Positions 24,195-34,934 of a stretch of DNA of 64,000 nt are shown here, in pieces. Location of the stretch: assembly GCA_965649825.1 (NCBI GenBank), contig OZ287701.1, positions 1,381,539 through 1,445,538 on the forward strand, in the 5' to 3' direction. Under the pieces are notes generated by a model. It was not told where the DNA came from, searched no databases, and saw only the letters and a list, made by a program, of their open reading frames with translations. Position 1 is the stretch's first letter; every line of letters begins with the position of its first letter. Made by a program: the position numbers and the translations under genes. This stretch comes from Penicillus capitatus (taxonomy: Eukaryota > Plantae > Chlorophyta).

Positions 24195-26625
24195 TGCGGT
24201 GACGATAAACTTGATAACAGCAAAGTAACAAGTACTGACGGCAGTCATCCGGTCTACAACGTATATACGTTTTGTGCCCCGAAGCTGTGACGATGGACAC
24301 GCGGGAATATCCTTCCTCTTCATCAGAATTTCGGTATTGTCTGAGCTGGATTGGCTAGACCTTGTCAGAAAATGGCACAGACCAGAAGCTGCAAGAAGAC
24401 GACGCAGAACGTGGGACTGTCCGAACACGCGGAAACGATGGGCTTTGTTCCGGCTGTTGTGTTCATGTCGAATACTGGAGTCCAACGAAGCGCCAGCGAG
24501 ATACTTACGTCCATCCGTCTCCAAAATCTGCTACATAAACAAGATACGGCCGACTTGCCTTTCGTTTTGCAGACGACGATTCATCAAGAGGTTTGTCGTG
24601 GGGGTAGGGGAAACGACAGGGAACGAACTGAGCAGGGCAGATTGCTTGCTTTTGATAAAGATGACAGGTATCCGTATTCGATGCGGTGTGAGTGAATGTC
24701 GAAGGAAATCGACATTCTGGTTTACACATAGAGAGGCACCTCTGTCTTTTTTCAGAATGAGGAGGAAAATCGAAGAAAACAGCATTCGCTAGGGTTTAAA
24801 ACCAAGGCTCACTATTCCACTGTAGTGTTCACGCCCTCAGGAATCTCGAGAGCGTAGACTGTCAGTTTCTTCATGTATCGTGAGAGGCAAGACGGGTGAC
24901 GACGGACTGCACTGTCCAAGGATCGTTCTTGTGTTGGTAATTGGATCGGTGAGACCGTGCTCACCGTTAGCCTCCACCATGATCGCAACTCTTGATCTGC
25001 AATCGGGCAGCGATGTTGAGAGCGCATCTGGTGATTGCAGCCGTACCATCTATGTCTTCTTCCAGCAACTATTGCTTTCATCAGCACTCCGGAACATCAA
25101 GAATCTGAAATTGTGCATCTTACTTCATGTGAGGTTGCTATCACTGAATGCAGCATTCATGCTCGTTCATGAACGTAATCGGTGCATGACAAGACCGGCA
25201 AGTGAATTCAAGCTTGTCAGCAGTGTCTAGTAATCGGGATCCAGACTCGGTCATGTAGATTCCATTCTTTTCGATCCACTTGGCATGAACAGTCTGATCA
25301 TGAATGTCACCTATGCCATGTCAACGACGAACACCTCAAATTTCTTTGTCTCTGTGGCCCGTAAGCTCGATATATGTACACAGGGACGACAGTGTGTCTG
25401 ACAAGATATGGGTAGGTGGTTTCTCTGAAAACAGATGTGTGAGCGAGTCCCGCAGGAAGTGAACAAACACGCTCGCGGCAGTACACCGCCAGTTAATGGT
25501 TTCAATCGGGTCGTCTTCTTTCTTTCGACAAGCCACAGCCGCTTGCTTACCTCTTCAGGTACGTCAGCCATCCGGTCGCCGAGCCCTTTTAGACGAAGCT
25601 GGGTCACATCATGTCGCTCGAATGCGCTATACTTGGTTTCTCCTGCCTCGGAGATGGCAGCACCAGCAAGCTGAACGACTAAAAACTAGACCGGTGCAAC
25701 GACGTGCTGCCGAGTCAATTCGGCAAAGCACTGTCTACAGGTTCGCTCGTTCGCATGCGTCCGAATCCGTCGAAGATCTCAAATTTGGCCTTAGGGTATG
25801 AACATTGTAAACCGGTAGGTGAGGCGTCTTTACGGCCACAGATGAATGCAGAGAGATTTGAACGTGACTAAGAGAGCATACAGCACGACTCTAAAGGCGG
25901 AATCCGCGATTTTTGATGGTGTCTCTTCGCGTTGAGAGAGTGCTCATGAAATGGATCAGTCAGGTCCATTCAAGGTAACTCAGACAGACACTGTGTTTTC
26001 TTCATTCTCTCGCTGTTTCTTCCAGCTGTGCCCGAGCTCTGTGTGAGCAGAGTGCCCCACAAATCTGAACAAGGTCCGTGTACGAGAGACTCGGCGATCA
26101 GACACGATATTCCTCTGGATACGGATGAAGAAGAGGCGGTTTTTATGGACGTTGGGCTAACCACAGACATCTTCCAGATCTTTCAGCCAGAAGGCTGGTT
26201 GGTTGACTACTCGGCACGGGGCACCCTTTAAACCAGCACGGGGCACTTGGTCAATGTACTGCCGTCATGAAGTCCACAGATGACTTCCAATACGCGATCA
26301 AGTGTCCCATCGACAGACTTCAGGGGATGCAAATTCTTTTACCGAAACGACGAGCGATGATCACAAAACAGTACCTCATAGCAGCATCGGTGGTGAGATC
26401 GTTGAGCTATGTCGGTTGGCGGGTTTCTGCGAGTCTTATCTAAGAGACACACACAGCTTACCCTTCCTGTACACTAGTAGTTGATAACTATCCTTGATCC
26501 GTCGGCGAGGTGTGTTTATTTTGGTCCTCACCATCTTATAAATTAGCCAAAATCGTGGCGTTTGTCAGTCGTGAGGGTTTGCGTTTTGTTGTCTTGTTCT
26601 ACGATCTTTGGGCGAAAAAGCTTTC

Positions 26626-27099
26626 ATGGCTTGCCAGATGAAGTTGTGCGTCGTCCTCCTTGCAGGAGTTCTCTTTCTGCACGCTTCGGCAAAGGGTAAG
26701 ATTCTCGCCCCTTGCTGACGGCGATATCCTGGCGCGTATCCGTAGGGTTGAGCAAAGAGATCGACGTAGACGGTAGCCTTTGCAAGGGTGGGGATTGCGG
26801 TTTAAGTTTTCGAAAACTCCTCTACAAGAAATCTCCATTGTACATCAACTTCGAGGGTACCCAAGACGATCGCGCCCTGACCGACGATGAAAAGTGCGCC
26901 GACTATTGACGTCGTACTCGACCAAGTCCCCAACTATAGATTGACAACCGGTCGCAAGCTCAGCGGTGACGTCGAAGATTCCCCTGGAATGGACGACGAC
27001 GACGACGATATCGATTTCGCGTCTGTCAACGAGAACAAGGACGGGATGTCGAAGGATGGAAATGGACATGGTTGCGCACGCACCACCTACGTGACCTAG
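26626..27099 (+). CDS. Small secreted acidic protein with two R-K-L motifs
   Basis: Signal MACQMKLCVVLLAGVLFLHASA, GT-AG intron, GLSKEIDVDGSLCKGGDCGLSFRKLLYKK..., second intron (gtgcgc...ctatag) restores frame into LTTGRKLSGDVEDSPGMDDDDDD...TAG. Confidence 0.6.
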
Positions 27100-29215
27100 G
27101 TCATCAACGACGAGTCAGATTTGGCCACGCCCACAGATTTCGGAGAACGACCATACATCTCCAAGAACACACTCACTGTGCAGCCTGATTTTAAAGATTT
27201 TTTTTTGTTTTCGAGGCATCTCTATTCGTTTTTTGTGTGAAGAACTCTGTCTATCCACTGATGTGACGAGCGTTTTTTCGCCGCCCACGGCGTCAATGAT
27301 GTTCATGGGAATTTTTTGCGGATTCCCATGTCCCCATCAGAAGAGATCTACAACATTTCCAGGGTGTTGTTATTTTCCGGTGACTTGTTAAGAAGCATCG
27401 TTTAAAGCGCCAATGAACCGAAGATGACGGGAGACATCATGTAGGTCGAGGCTCTTGCCTCAACCAACCACTCTTGGCGATTTCTGCTACCGGACGGAAA
27501 CATCAGACTTCATAGTAAGGCAGCAGCAGAACCGTTTTCCGTTGCAAGTTTACAGGGTGTGTGAGGGAGAGGGATGCAGATAAGATGCCCTCTATCTGAG
27601 ACAGCGACTTGTCCCCTCTTCGGCAGGAGGAAACGGATAAGAAATGCGAGAAATCGAATGAGATGCACGTGTTTTGTAATTTTGCAGTTTCAATGAACGC
27701 ATGCATTCGTTGAGGACACACAGAAGTGGATGGCAAAACACGTTATGATCATGCAGATGCTTGGTTCCTTTCACATCCTTGTAGTATTGGTATCGCAGAA
27801 GAGATTCTCGGAGTAGTGCAAATGCAATTTCTCCTCTATTGCGAAATTCAAAACGCATCCAATTGACACACAGGTACGTCGTGTTCTTCGGTATCGGATC
27901 TGCGAGAAGGTGTGGCTGTCAGAAACCAGCAGAAACGCAGTCAATGGCTGTGCTGTGAACATGTGCTGTCTGCCCTGAGCAGGCTGATCGACAGATAAGC
28001 TGGGTGACAGACAGCACGAGCTAAAACAGATCTGGCAGAGTGCGTTACCCAAGTGTCCATGACATTTACGCATTCACAGGATTCTGAAAGACATAGCTCA
28101 GCTCAGTGTACTATCTACCGTCAGCGATACTTGATCCAATCTCGATCCTCACACTATCGATGAATACTGAAGAGTTGCTTCAAGCATTCCAACATAGTGG
28201 CTCTGGATTGCCACGTCCATCGGATCGGCAGACTGTACGACACAGGGGCCGCGAAGATGTCGACACGTCCTCATTCAGTAGCGGCTTCAGTGTCGTTTCG
28301 CGTACAGAAGTGGAGCGTTGTCAGGCGTTCTCGATGGCGCAAGTTAGTAAATTCAGATGAATCAAGTGACAGCGTCGAAGGCGCTTGCCGTTCAAGATGG
28401 AACATAGCATAGAAGATTCGAGTATAACCAAATTGTCATGACTGCCGTCTTCCACGATTATCAGAGAAATATACACTCGGAGAAGAAGCAGACTGTGATG
28501 CATACGGTCTGCTAACGTGCCTTGAATCGACACGGACTCGACAGAAGCCTTCGTGGACAGCACTTGTCCATTTGGTGATCTAATGGGTCATATGACTGCA
28601 ATTCGGTGTATCCACAGCAACTGCGTCAAACATTGGATTCAGGAAGAGCAGGATGATCGAATTTGAGTTCGATCGACTATTTGTCAGTTGGGGACGGGGC
28701 GGGATCCATAGCAATACATTCCTTTCGAGACGTGGTCGTGATGGCATCTGAAAAATGCACAAGAGAATAAAAATCTCTTGTCCTGCAGAAAGCCTTCTGC
28801 ATTATTCATTGCGTTCTCGTTGTCAGAAGGCTTCTCTCATATTTCCATGCCTTAGAGAAGCTTAAGGAGAGAAGATCGCGGCAGAAAGTGTTATCTGCTG
28901 TCTATTTAAAGAGTGAGTGGTATGGCTTGCTTCATGATGGTTGTCCCAGTGGTTGAAGGGATACTCCTCTTCGTCATCTTTTTAGTGTTGCCTAGAATGC
29001 ATGTGTCTAAGTGCCGAGATGTGACGGAAAACAGTCCGACGTGTCAAGATCCTATCTGTCCTTACAACGACGTGGATCGGGCAGCTGAAAGACGTCTGCC
29101 GTCAGAGTTAAGTAATTAAACGCCTCTTCCACGAATAGTCTGTAGTGCGAACAGTGCATTCGGCTTCAAGTGAAAACTGCTCCGTTCAGGACTGTGCTCG
29201 TAAGCAGTCTACAGC

Positions 29216-30973
29216 ATGATGCGTGGAGAATCCTCGGCGCAAACAGCAGCGCCACTACTCCCAATGGCTGGTGGCGATCCTAGAAAGTTGCTAGAAGGAA
29301 ACGGTCGTTACGTCAGAGTGGGAAGTGTTAACTGTTGTGGCTGGCTGTGGCGTGCCGTTTTCCGTAACTGGGGTCGCACGGTGCGCAGCACACCAACGGA
29401 GACGTTTTTTCCAGTCACGAAAGTCGGAGTGCAGAATATCGTTCGCTGGGCCAAAGCAAATGGAAAAAGGGTAAGGGCTGCTGGATACCGACACACATGG
29501 AGTAGTTTTTACGTCGATGACGGCCAAGTGTTTATTTCCATGCTGCCACCCAAGGTCGCCGAGAAAATACCGACGCCTCCCTATCCGTATGATCCAGACA
29601 GAGAACTCGGCCGCATTGAAGAGTTGTCGACCGAAAGAGTCGGAAACAAAACTTACCGTCTCATCAAAGTGGGAACCGCCACGACAAATGAGCAACTCCG
29701 TGTGTGGCTGCTGAAAGAAAAGAATTGGACCATTCCACTAAATGTCATTATGTCTGCCATCACCCTAGGAGGAAGCAATGCACCGATATGTCATGGATCT
29801 GGCTGGGAAACCAAGACCCTCAGCGATTTGGTAACGGAGCTTGAGTATGTGAATGCAAATGGGGATCTGGTGACGGTCAATGATAAGACGTTACTCAGGA
29901 GTGCTGCTGGCTGTTTTGGATTACTGGGCATCGTGGTGTCGCTAACGTTACGCCTGGATACCATGTCTTGCGCAAGAATGCAGCCACGCGCCAGACCAGT
30001 CGTTTTGTCCATCCCTCCGCCTCGTGGATACTGGGTACCGCGTAACGTCGATCTGCGTGGAGTCACGCCAGCCCAGAAGGAAGAAGCATTTCGAGCTATG
30101 GTCGAGAGTTTTGAGAAAAAGTACTACAATGAGTATTTTTGGTTTCCTCTTCAACGTGAATGCTGGATCAACTGTTGGGAGAATGATGGCAACGTGAACA
30201 ATGCCGAGATTTATCCGACGAATTGCGAAAGCATGATGGAAGCATTCTTCCAAGCCGTTCTCAATTTTGCCAACATAAAGATCTTCCGATGGTTGCTGCC
30301 AGTCATATCGACTTCAATCATTGGCTGGGGTGCCATGAAGAACCTTACTCAGAGACAAGACTACGTTGTGTGGCTTCCCGATGCTCTGCACTTCGTCAGA
30401 GGCATTCAGAATCTGCGCTGCTTAGATATGGAATGGGAGATACCGATACCCAGCTTACCAGATGATGAGACCAAGCCCGATTGGTCTATTGTACAAAAGT
30501 GCTGGTGGGATGTCATCACATCCGTGTACTCCAGATACAACAGCTCCAGTAAAGACATGCCATTGCGTCTCGCTCTTGAGCTGCGTGTCACGGGTGATTC
30601 TGACATCATCATGGCTCCTCAACACGGAAACAAACTCGGAACCTTAGCCATCGAGATTCTATCATTCAGCACTGTCGGAAGTGAAGTCTGGTTGAGCTTC
30701 ATGCAGGAGATCACGGATAAATGGAGCAAGTATACAGATGCAAAAGGCATACCCTTGAAGATTCGTCCGCATTGGGCTAAGGAATGGGAAAACCTGACTG
30801 TCAGGGGAGAACCTATCGTGGATTACTTGAAATCTGTGTATGCCGATCAGATTAAGATCTTCAAGCAAGATCTCGAAGACATTGGAAGTAAACAGGGCGT
30901 TTCATTGGAACAGACGAGGTCGATGTTTTCGAACAAACTCCTCGATGAGCTGATCTTCGATACAGCTGCTTAG
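29216..30973 (+). CDS. FAD-linked oxidoreductase (PCMH FAD-binding + ALO-type C-terminal domain), intronless
   Basis: 585-aa ORF; RVRAAGYRHTWS FAD-binding His motif, ITLGGSNAPICHGSG, LSDLVTELEYVNANG, AAGCFGLLGIVVSLTL, LALELRVTG, terminal RPHWAKEW. Confidence 0.88.
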   Translation: MMRGESSAQTAAPLLPMAGGDPRKLLEGNGRYVRVGSVNCCGWLWRAVFRNWGRTVRSTPTETFFPVTKVGVQNIVRWAKANGKRVRAAGYRHTWSSFYVDDGQVFISMLPPKVAEKIPTPPYPYDPDRELGRIEELSTERVGNKTYRLIKVGTATTNEQLRVWLLKEKNWTIPLNVIMSAITLGGSNAPICHGSGWETKTLSDLVTELEYVNANGDLVTVNDKTLLRSAAGCFGLLGIVVSLTLRLDTMSCARMQPRARPVVLSIPPPRGYWVPRNVDLRGVTPAQKEEAFRAMVESFEKKYYNEYFWFPLQRECWINCWENDGNVNNAEIYPTNCESMMEAFFQAVLNFANIKIFRWLLPVISTSIIGWGAMKNLTQRQDYVVWLPDALHFVRGIQNLRCLDMEWEIPIPSLPDDETKPDWSIVQKCWWDVITSVYSRYNSSSKDMPLRLALELRVTGDSDIIMAPQHGNKLGTLAIEILSFSTVGSEVWLSFMQEITDKWSKYTDAKGIPLKIRPHWAKEWENLTVRGEPIVDYLKSVYADQIKIFKQDLEDIGSKQGVSLEQTRSMFSNKLLDELIFDTAA

Positions 30974-31532
30974 AATTCTAGCTACCACTTGTGTGAGTTC
31001 AGGGCCCTCCCTGGCTCTTTTTTATTGCCTAACGCTCTCAAACACTCAAACTGCCAACACGTTATTAAGCACGCCGAGACAATGGATCGGCCGAACACAT
31101 ACTTTTCGATTTCTTTGCTGGATTTGTGGGAACTAAAACGAGCTTCATCAGAATTCTCATCCGTTGCTAGACGCAGACGAGCAAGAACTGAGTGTCATCA
31201 TGTAACGATGTGGAACATCGGAGTGACAAGAACTCTCCAATGACGATGATCGATACTGGTAGAAAAGTATCTATGGTCGATGGTTTACATGACGCTTAGA
31301 TCCTTCATAGGCAGGGCAGCTGGAAAGCTTCATGCAGAGATAATGACGTCGGGATCTGGGCAATAGATCCACAGACGTGCCGTGTTTTGGGAAGCAACAG
31401 AGCTTGATATCTCGTGATGCGGAGGCGCCGATGTTCATAAGACACGTTGGGTGTTTCCTCGACAAGGAACTCGTTTAACACGTTTCTCCTTGTCCAATCT
31501 GTATAATTGACAAAAGAGGAAAAAATAAAGAG

Positions 31533-32882
31533 CTAAAAAGATCCGTTTGGGACGACTGTCGCCAAATCGGACTTCACTGCCACATTGGTTGCACTTACAT
31601 TTGGTTCTTCTGTCACCGGGACCTGGAAATCCAGCTCGACTCCCTTTTCGAAGACCAGGCAGTGTGTCGAACCGCCGAAATGGAACATTCCAAGTTCATC
31701 GCCCTTTTTAACCTCTTGACCTTCCACGACTGTAATCTCGCAACTCGATACTTCTCCCATTCCCACCAAAACAATTGCAATTAAACCAACTGCAGGATTG
31801 TCTGCACGAATAAAAATAATCCCCCGTGTTGCCACGGATGTCATAAATGGCTGAAATTCATTTGGTGCTGCTGGATGCGGATTTTCGCTGTGAATGCTCT
31901 CCGATGGACTTTGAAGATAGAAAGCTCCATCAACGATAGAGGTTTTCTCAATTGCCCCGTCCACTGGACTGTGCCAGCAGTGGTAAGTCAGAGCACTCAA
32001 AAATGCTTGATATACTGTACCGCCAGCAAATTGAACAGCAAGGGGATCGTTGTTAAGCATGGCCTCCAGTGAATACGGTTGGCCCTTTAGCGTAATATCA
32101 GCAGAGAGCATAACACCTTTCTTGTACTGCAGAGGAGCCGATTCACAAACATTGACGATGTCTGCACCGCCGACTGGCCGCTGGCCTTCTCTGAACCTCC
32201 TCGTAAAGAAGGCATCCCAACTTTTGAAACCCAGATACTTTTCATCAGTCACATCTGGCACTTCGAAGATTTCTTCAAATGATAATCTGCGTTTATCAAC
32301 GAACGGCAGTAATGCCACCTCGACCATCTGCTGTTTGACAGGCACACTGAACCATGGGACAGATCGCACAGCACCAGAATCATCGCCTTCGGCAAATACG
32401 TATCTCGATTCCTCCCTGGACAAAAATCCACTCCAATACTGCAAGACATTCTTGAAGCATCGGTTGAACTCAACGTTTGCAAGAGTGTCGTAACCAGACG
32501 GTGTTCTCATGGGCCAGTCAAGCAACGCATTGATTGGAAACCCGACTAGACCGTATGTCTCATCATCTTCTGCATTCACGATGAACTCCGGAGCAATGGT
32601 CATAATAAAGTTCAGCAAATCCAAGAATTCTTTCCACGTTTCGACCGCTGGCGTCGAGGTCGAATCTGCGTCACTGTAGTGCAGGGCTTCGACGAACATG
32701 CCTTGTGTCGAAATGTCCAACAGCGGATTATTGGCGACCATATTGTACAGCTCTCGCACCGGTTTGTGATATTCGGACACTTCGGTGACTGTAACCCTAT
32801 CCTTGAATCCTGAAACCCATTTCTCCAGTAATACATGCTTTTCCAGCCAGTTTCGCTGTCTTCTTTTGGATAGTCGCAACAT
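31533..32882 (-). CDS. Phosphatidylserine decarboxylase-family protein of the PsiD-like type (N-terminal PSDC domain), intronless
   Basis: 449-aa ORF; GLVGFPINALLDWPM, FKSWDAFFTRRFR, NVCESAP, LKGQPYSL, GGTVYQAFLSALTYHCWHSPVDG, VGMGEVSSC, VKKGDELGMFHFGGSTHCLVF with GG|ST pyruvoyl self-cleavage site. Confidence 0.9.
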   Translation of the reverse strand: MLRLSKRRQRNWLEKHVLLEKWVSGFKDRVTVTEVSEYHKPVRELYNMVANNPLLDISTQGMFVEALHYSDADSTSTPAVETWKEFLDLLNFIMTIAPEFIVNAEDDETYGLVGFPINALLDWPMRTPSGYDTLANVEFNRCFKNVLQYWSGFLSREESRYVFAEGDDSGAVRSVPWFSVPVKQQMVEVALLPFVDKRRLSFEEIFEVPDVTDEKYLGFKSWDAFFTRRFREGQRPVGGADIVNVCESAPLQYKKGVMLSADITLKGQPYSLEAMLNNDPLAVQFAGGTVYQAFLSALTYHCWHSPVDGAIEKTSIVDGAFYLQSPSESIHSENPHPAAPNEFQPFMTSVATRGIIFIRADNPAVGLIAIVLVGMGEVSSCEITVVEGQEVKKGDELGMFHFGGSTHCLVFEKGVELDFQVPVTEEPNVSATNVAVKSDLATVVPNGSF

Positions 32883-34934
32883 GGAGACGTCAAAAGCTTC
32901 TTAGAGGCTGAAGAGAGGGCCAGACTTAAAAACGTGCACCAATGGCGGTATGACCGCCGTTCGCAACGGCGGAGCGAACGTTCGTACAAAGGCCGCCCGC
33001 CAGACGGTTCTATTTCCTGCCCGATGTGACTAGACCTTCGTCAGAATGTTTGGCTTGAGATGGTCAGATGTATAAAGGAGTCTGTTAAGTTGATTAATAA
33101 ATAAACAACAACTTTCTTTGCTTAATGCAAACTTTTTTACATTGAATGAAAGCTGGTTTGTTTTCTTATTTGAATAGACAATGACATACATGCACATGTG
33201 TGTGCGGAGTTCATGACTCATGCTCTCGTTATCTGCAGGAAAATGCGTACTGTTCTTGTGACGGATCGTCTCGAAACAATCTGTTCTGTTTGGCTGTTGC
33301 CCGCGTCAATCTCCATTCCTTCCTCTCTTATTCGATTCGCTTCTTCATCCGTTATAGAGTGCATGGAAAGAACTCGTCGATGCCGCAGGCTCTGTCCCTC
33401 GAGTCGTGGGATCCTTAACAACTTGTCACCAGATTTACTCTGTGCTTGTATTCGAGCGAAGGGACAGATCTGTTGCAGTCCTCTGCGACAGTCTCTGAAT
33501 TCTGAAGGATTTGCCATTCGGCATCAAATGTAGTCATGGCATAACTGGATGGAGATTCCAGCAACGTTATGATGAGGAGACATCCCATTGAAGTAGCAAA
33601 TGGAATGAAAAAGGGAAAAGGACGGCGAACCCTGCAGACGGAAGGCAGCAAAAATCTTCAAAGTGGGAGTTCATTGCAAAAAAGTATTCTATGTACCATA
33701 CATGTATGGGCCAGACCACTCTTGCATAACTTCAAGCAAGTCCTTGCGATTTCACTCTCTTGACGCCAAACGCGAAGGTCCACTAAAGTGGTGTTAATGT
33801 TGCATATGTTTCATTAGCGATGATAAGGTTGATGAACGTTTCCCTTGACAAAGACAGCTACGAATGTTCTCCTTTGCACAGATGTTGATGACGCTCTCGA
33901 TTTCGTGTTTAGAGTACAACAGATTACTGGCTACGTGATATCGGTTTTAGCGCTGTGAACGGATAGGAACAGTCGGCCACGAGTTCGAAGAACTTGGTTC
34001 TAATGCGTCTCCCAAGATGGCATTTTCCCGCTGTGCACCATACCGTGAGAAACAGAGAAGTGAACATTAGTCAACAACCAATGAGTGGACAATGAGTCGA
34101 AAACATGAAACGGAATGAAAAACGACTCACAAAGATCACTTCGTTGAATGTTTCCACATCATACACTTGCATGTAGATGACTGCTGTCAGTGGAGGAAAT
34201 CGTTGAGTGCCTGCCCATGAAAACGACTCGGTACGCTGCCTTCTTTTCCAATGGGTGGAAGAAGCAGATCAACACGAGCTCAGCCAACGCGTTCATGAGA
34301 GATTTCACATCAACAAACAGGCGGCTCCGCCTTTGACTTCCTGAGGAAGCCATTAAGCTTCGAGAAGACATCATTGAAATCGCCATTCAAACGAAGGACC
34401 GATGTTACAAATCATGCAGTCCAGACAGCATCGATGCATCGCACTTGGAGAAAGCGGGTGAGTCCTCTGCATCGGGCACGGCTATTGATGAGAGACTTTC
34501 CAGGGATATGGTGGACATGGAGGCTGTGGAGAGGAATGATGGTCGAATGAACAGCTGTCGTTCACTGCCACACGAAGACCTTCGGCGTTCCCTTCGCGTC
34601 TTCTTCCTCTCTCCTGTAGAGCATCGCAAAAAGGAAGTGACGCGAAGAGAACCTTGTTCGCTGCTCGCGTCAACGATTCTCAGACGGCAACCCTACTACG
34701 GTGCTGTCCTCGGCATGGAAGCTGTGCCACGTATCGAATGCGATTCACCAGACAATCATCGCTTCGTTTCGTCTCCATTCTTTTGTGTGGTGGACCAGCT
34801 GCGATCTATTAATTGCCGCGTCTAGGGGCATAAGCAGAACAGAACTCGGCACGTGGCAGCAAAGTTCCTTGTCATCTTCTACGCGCTTTGTTTTGTCTTG
34901 CGTGTCTTCGAATTTGCCGTCCGGTCTATGAAAC

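Noticed and set aside
26214-26246. Direct repeat GCACGGGGCAC x2
   Set aside because: Only two 11-bp copies with no associated element ends or ORF; may be chance or a small local duplication.
27100-29200. Possible transposon flanking the intronless enzyme pair
   Set aside because: No transposase, RT or integrase motifs, terminal inverted repeats or LTRs could be identified by eye.
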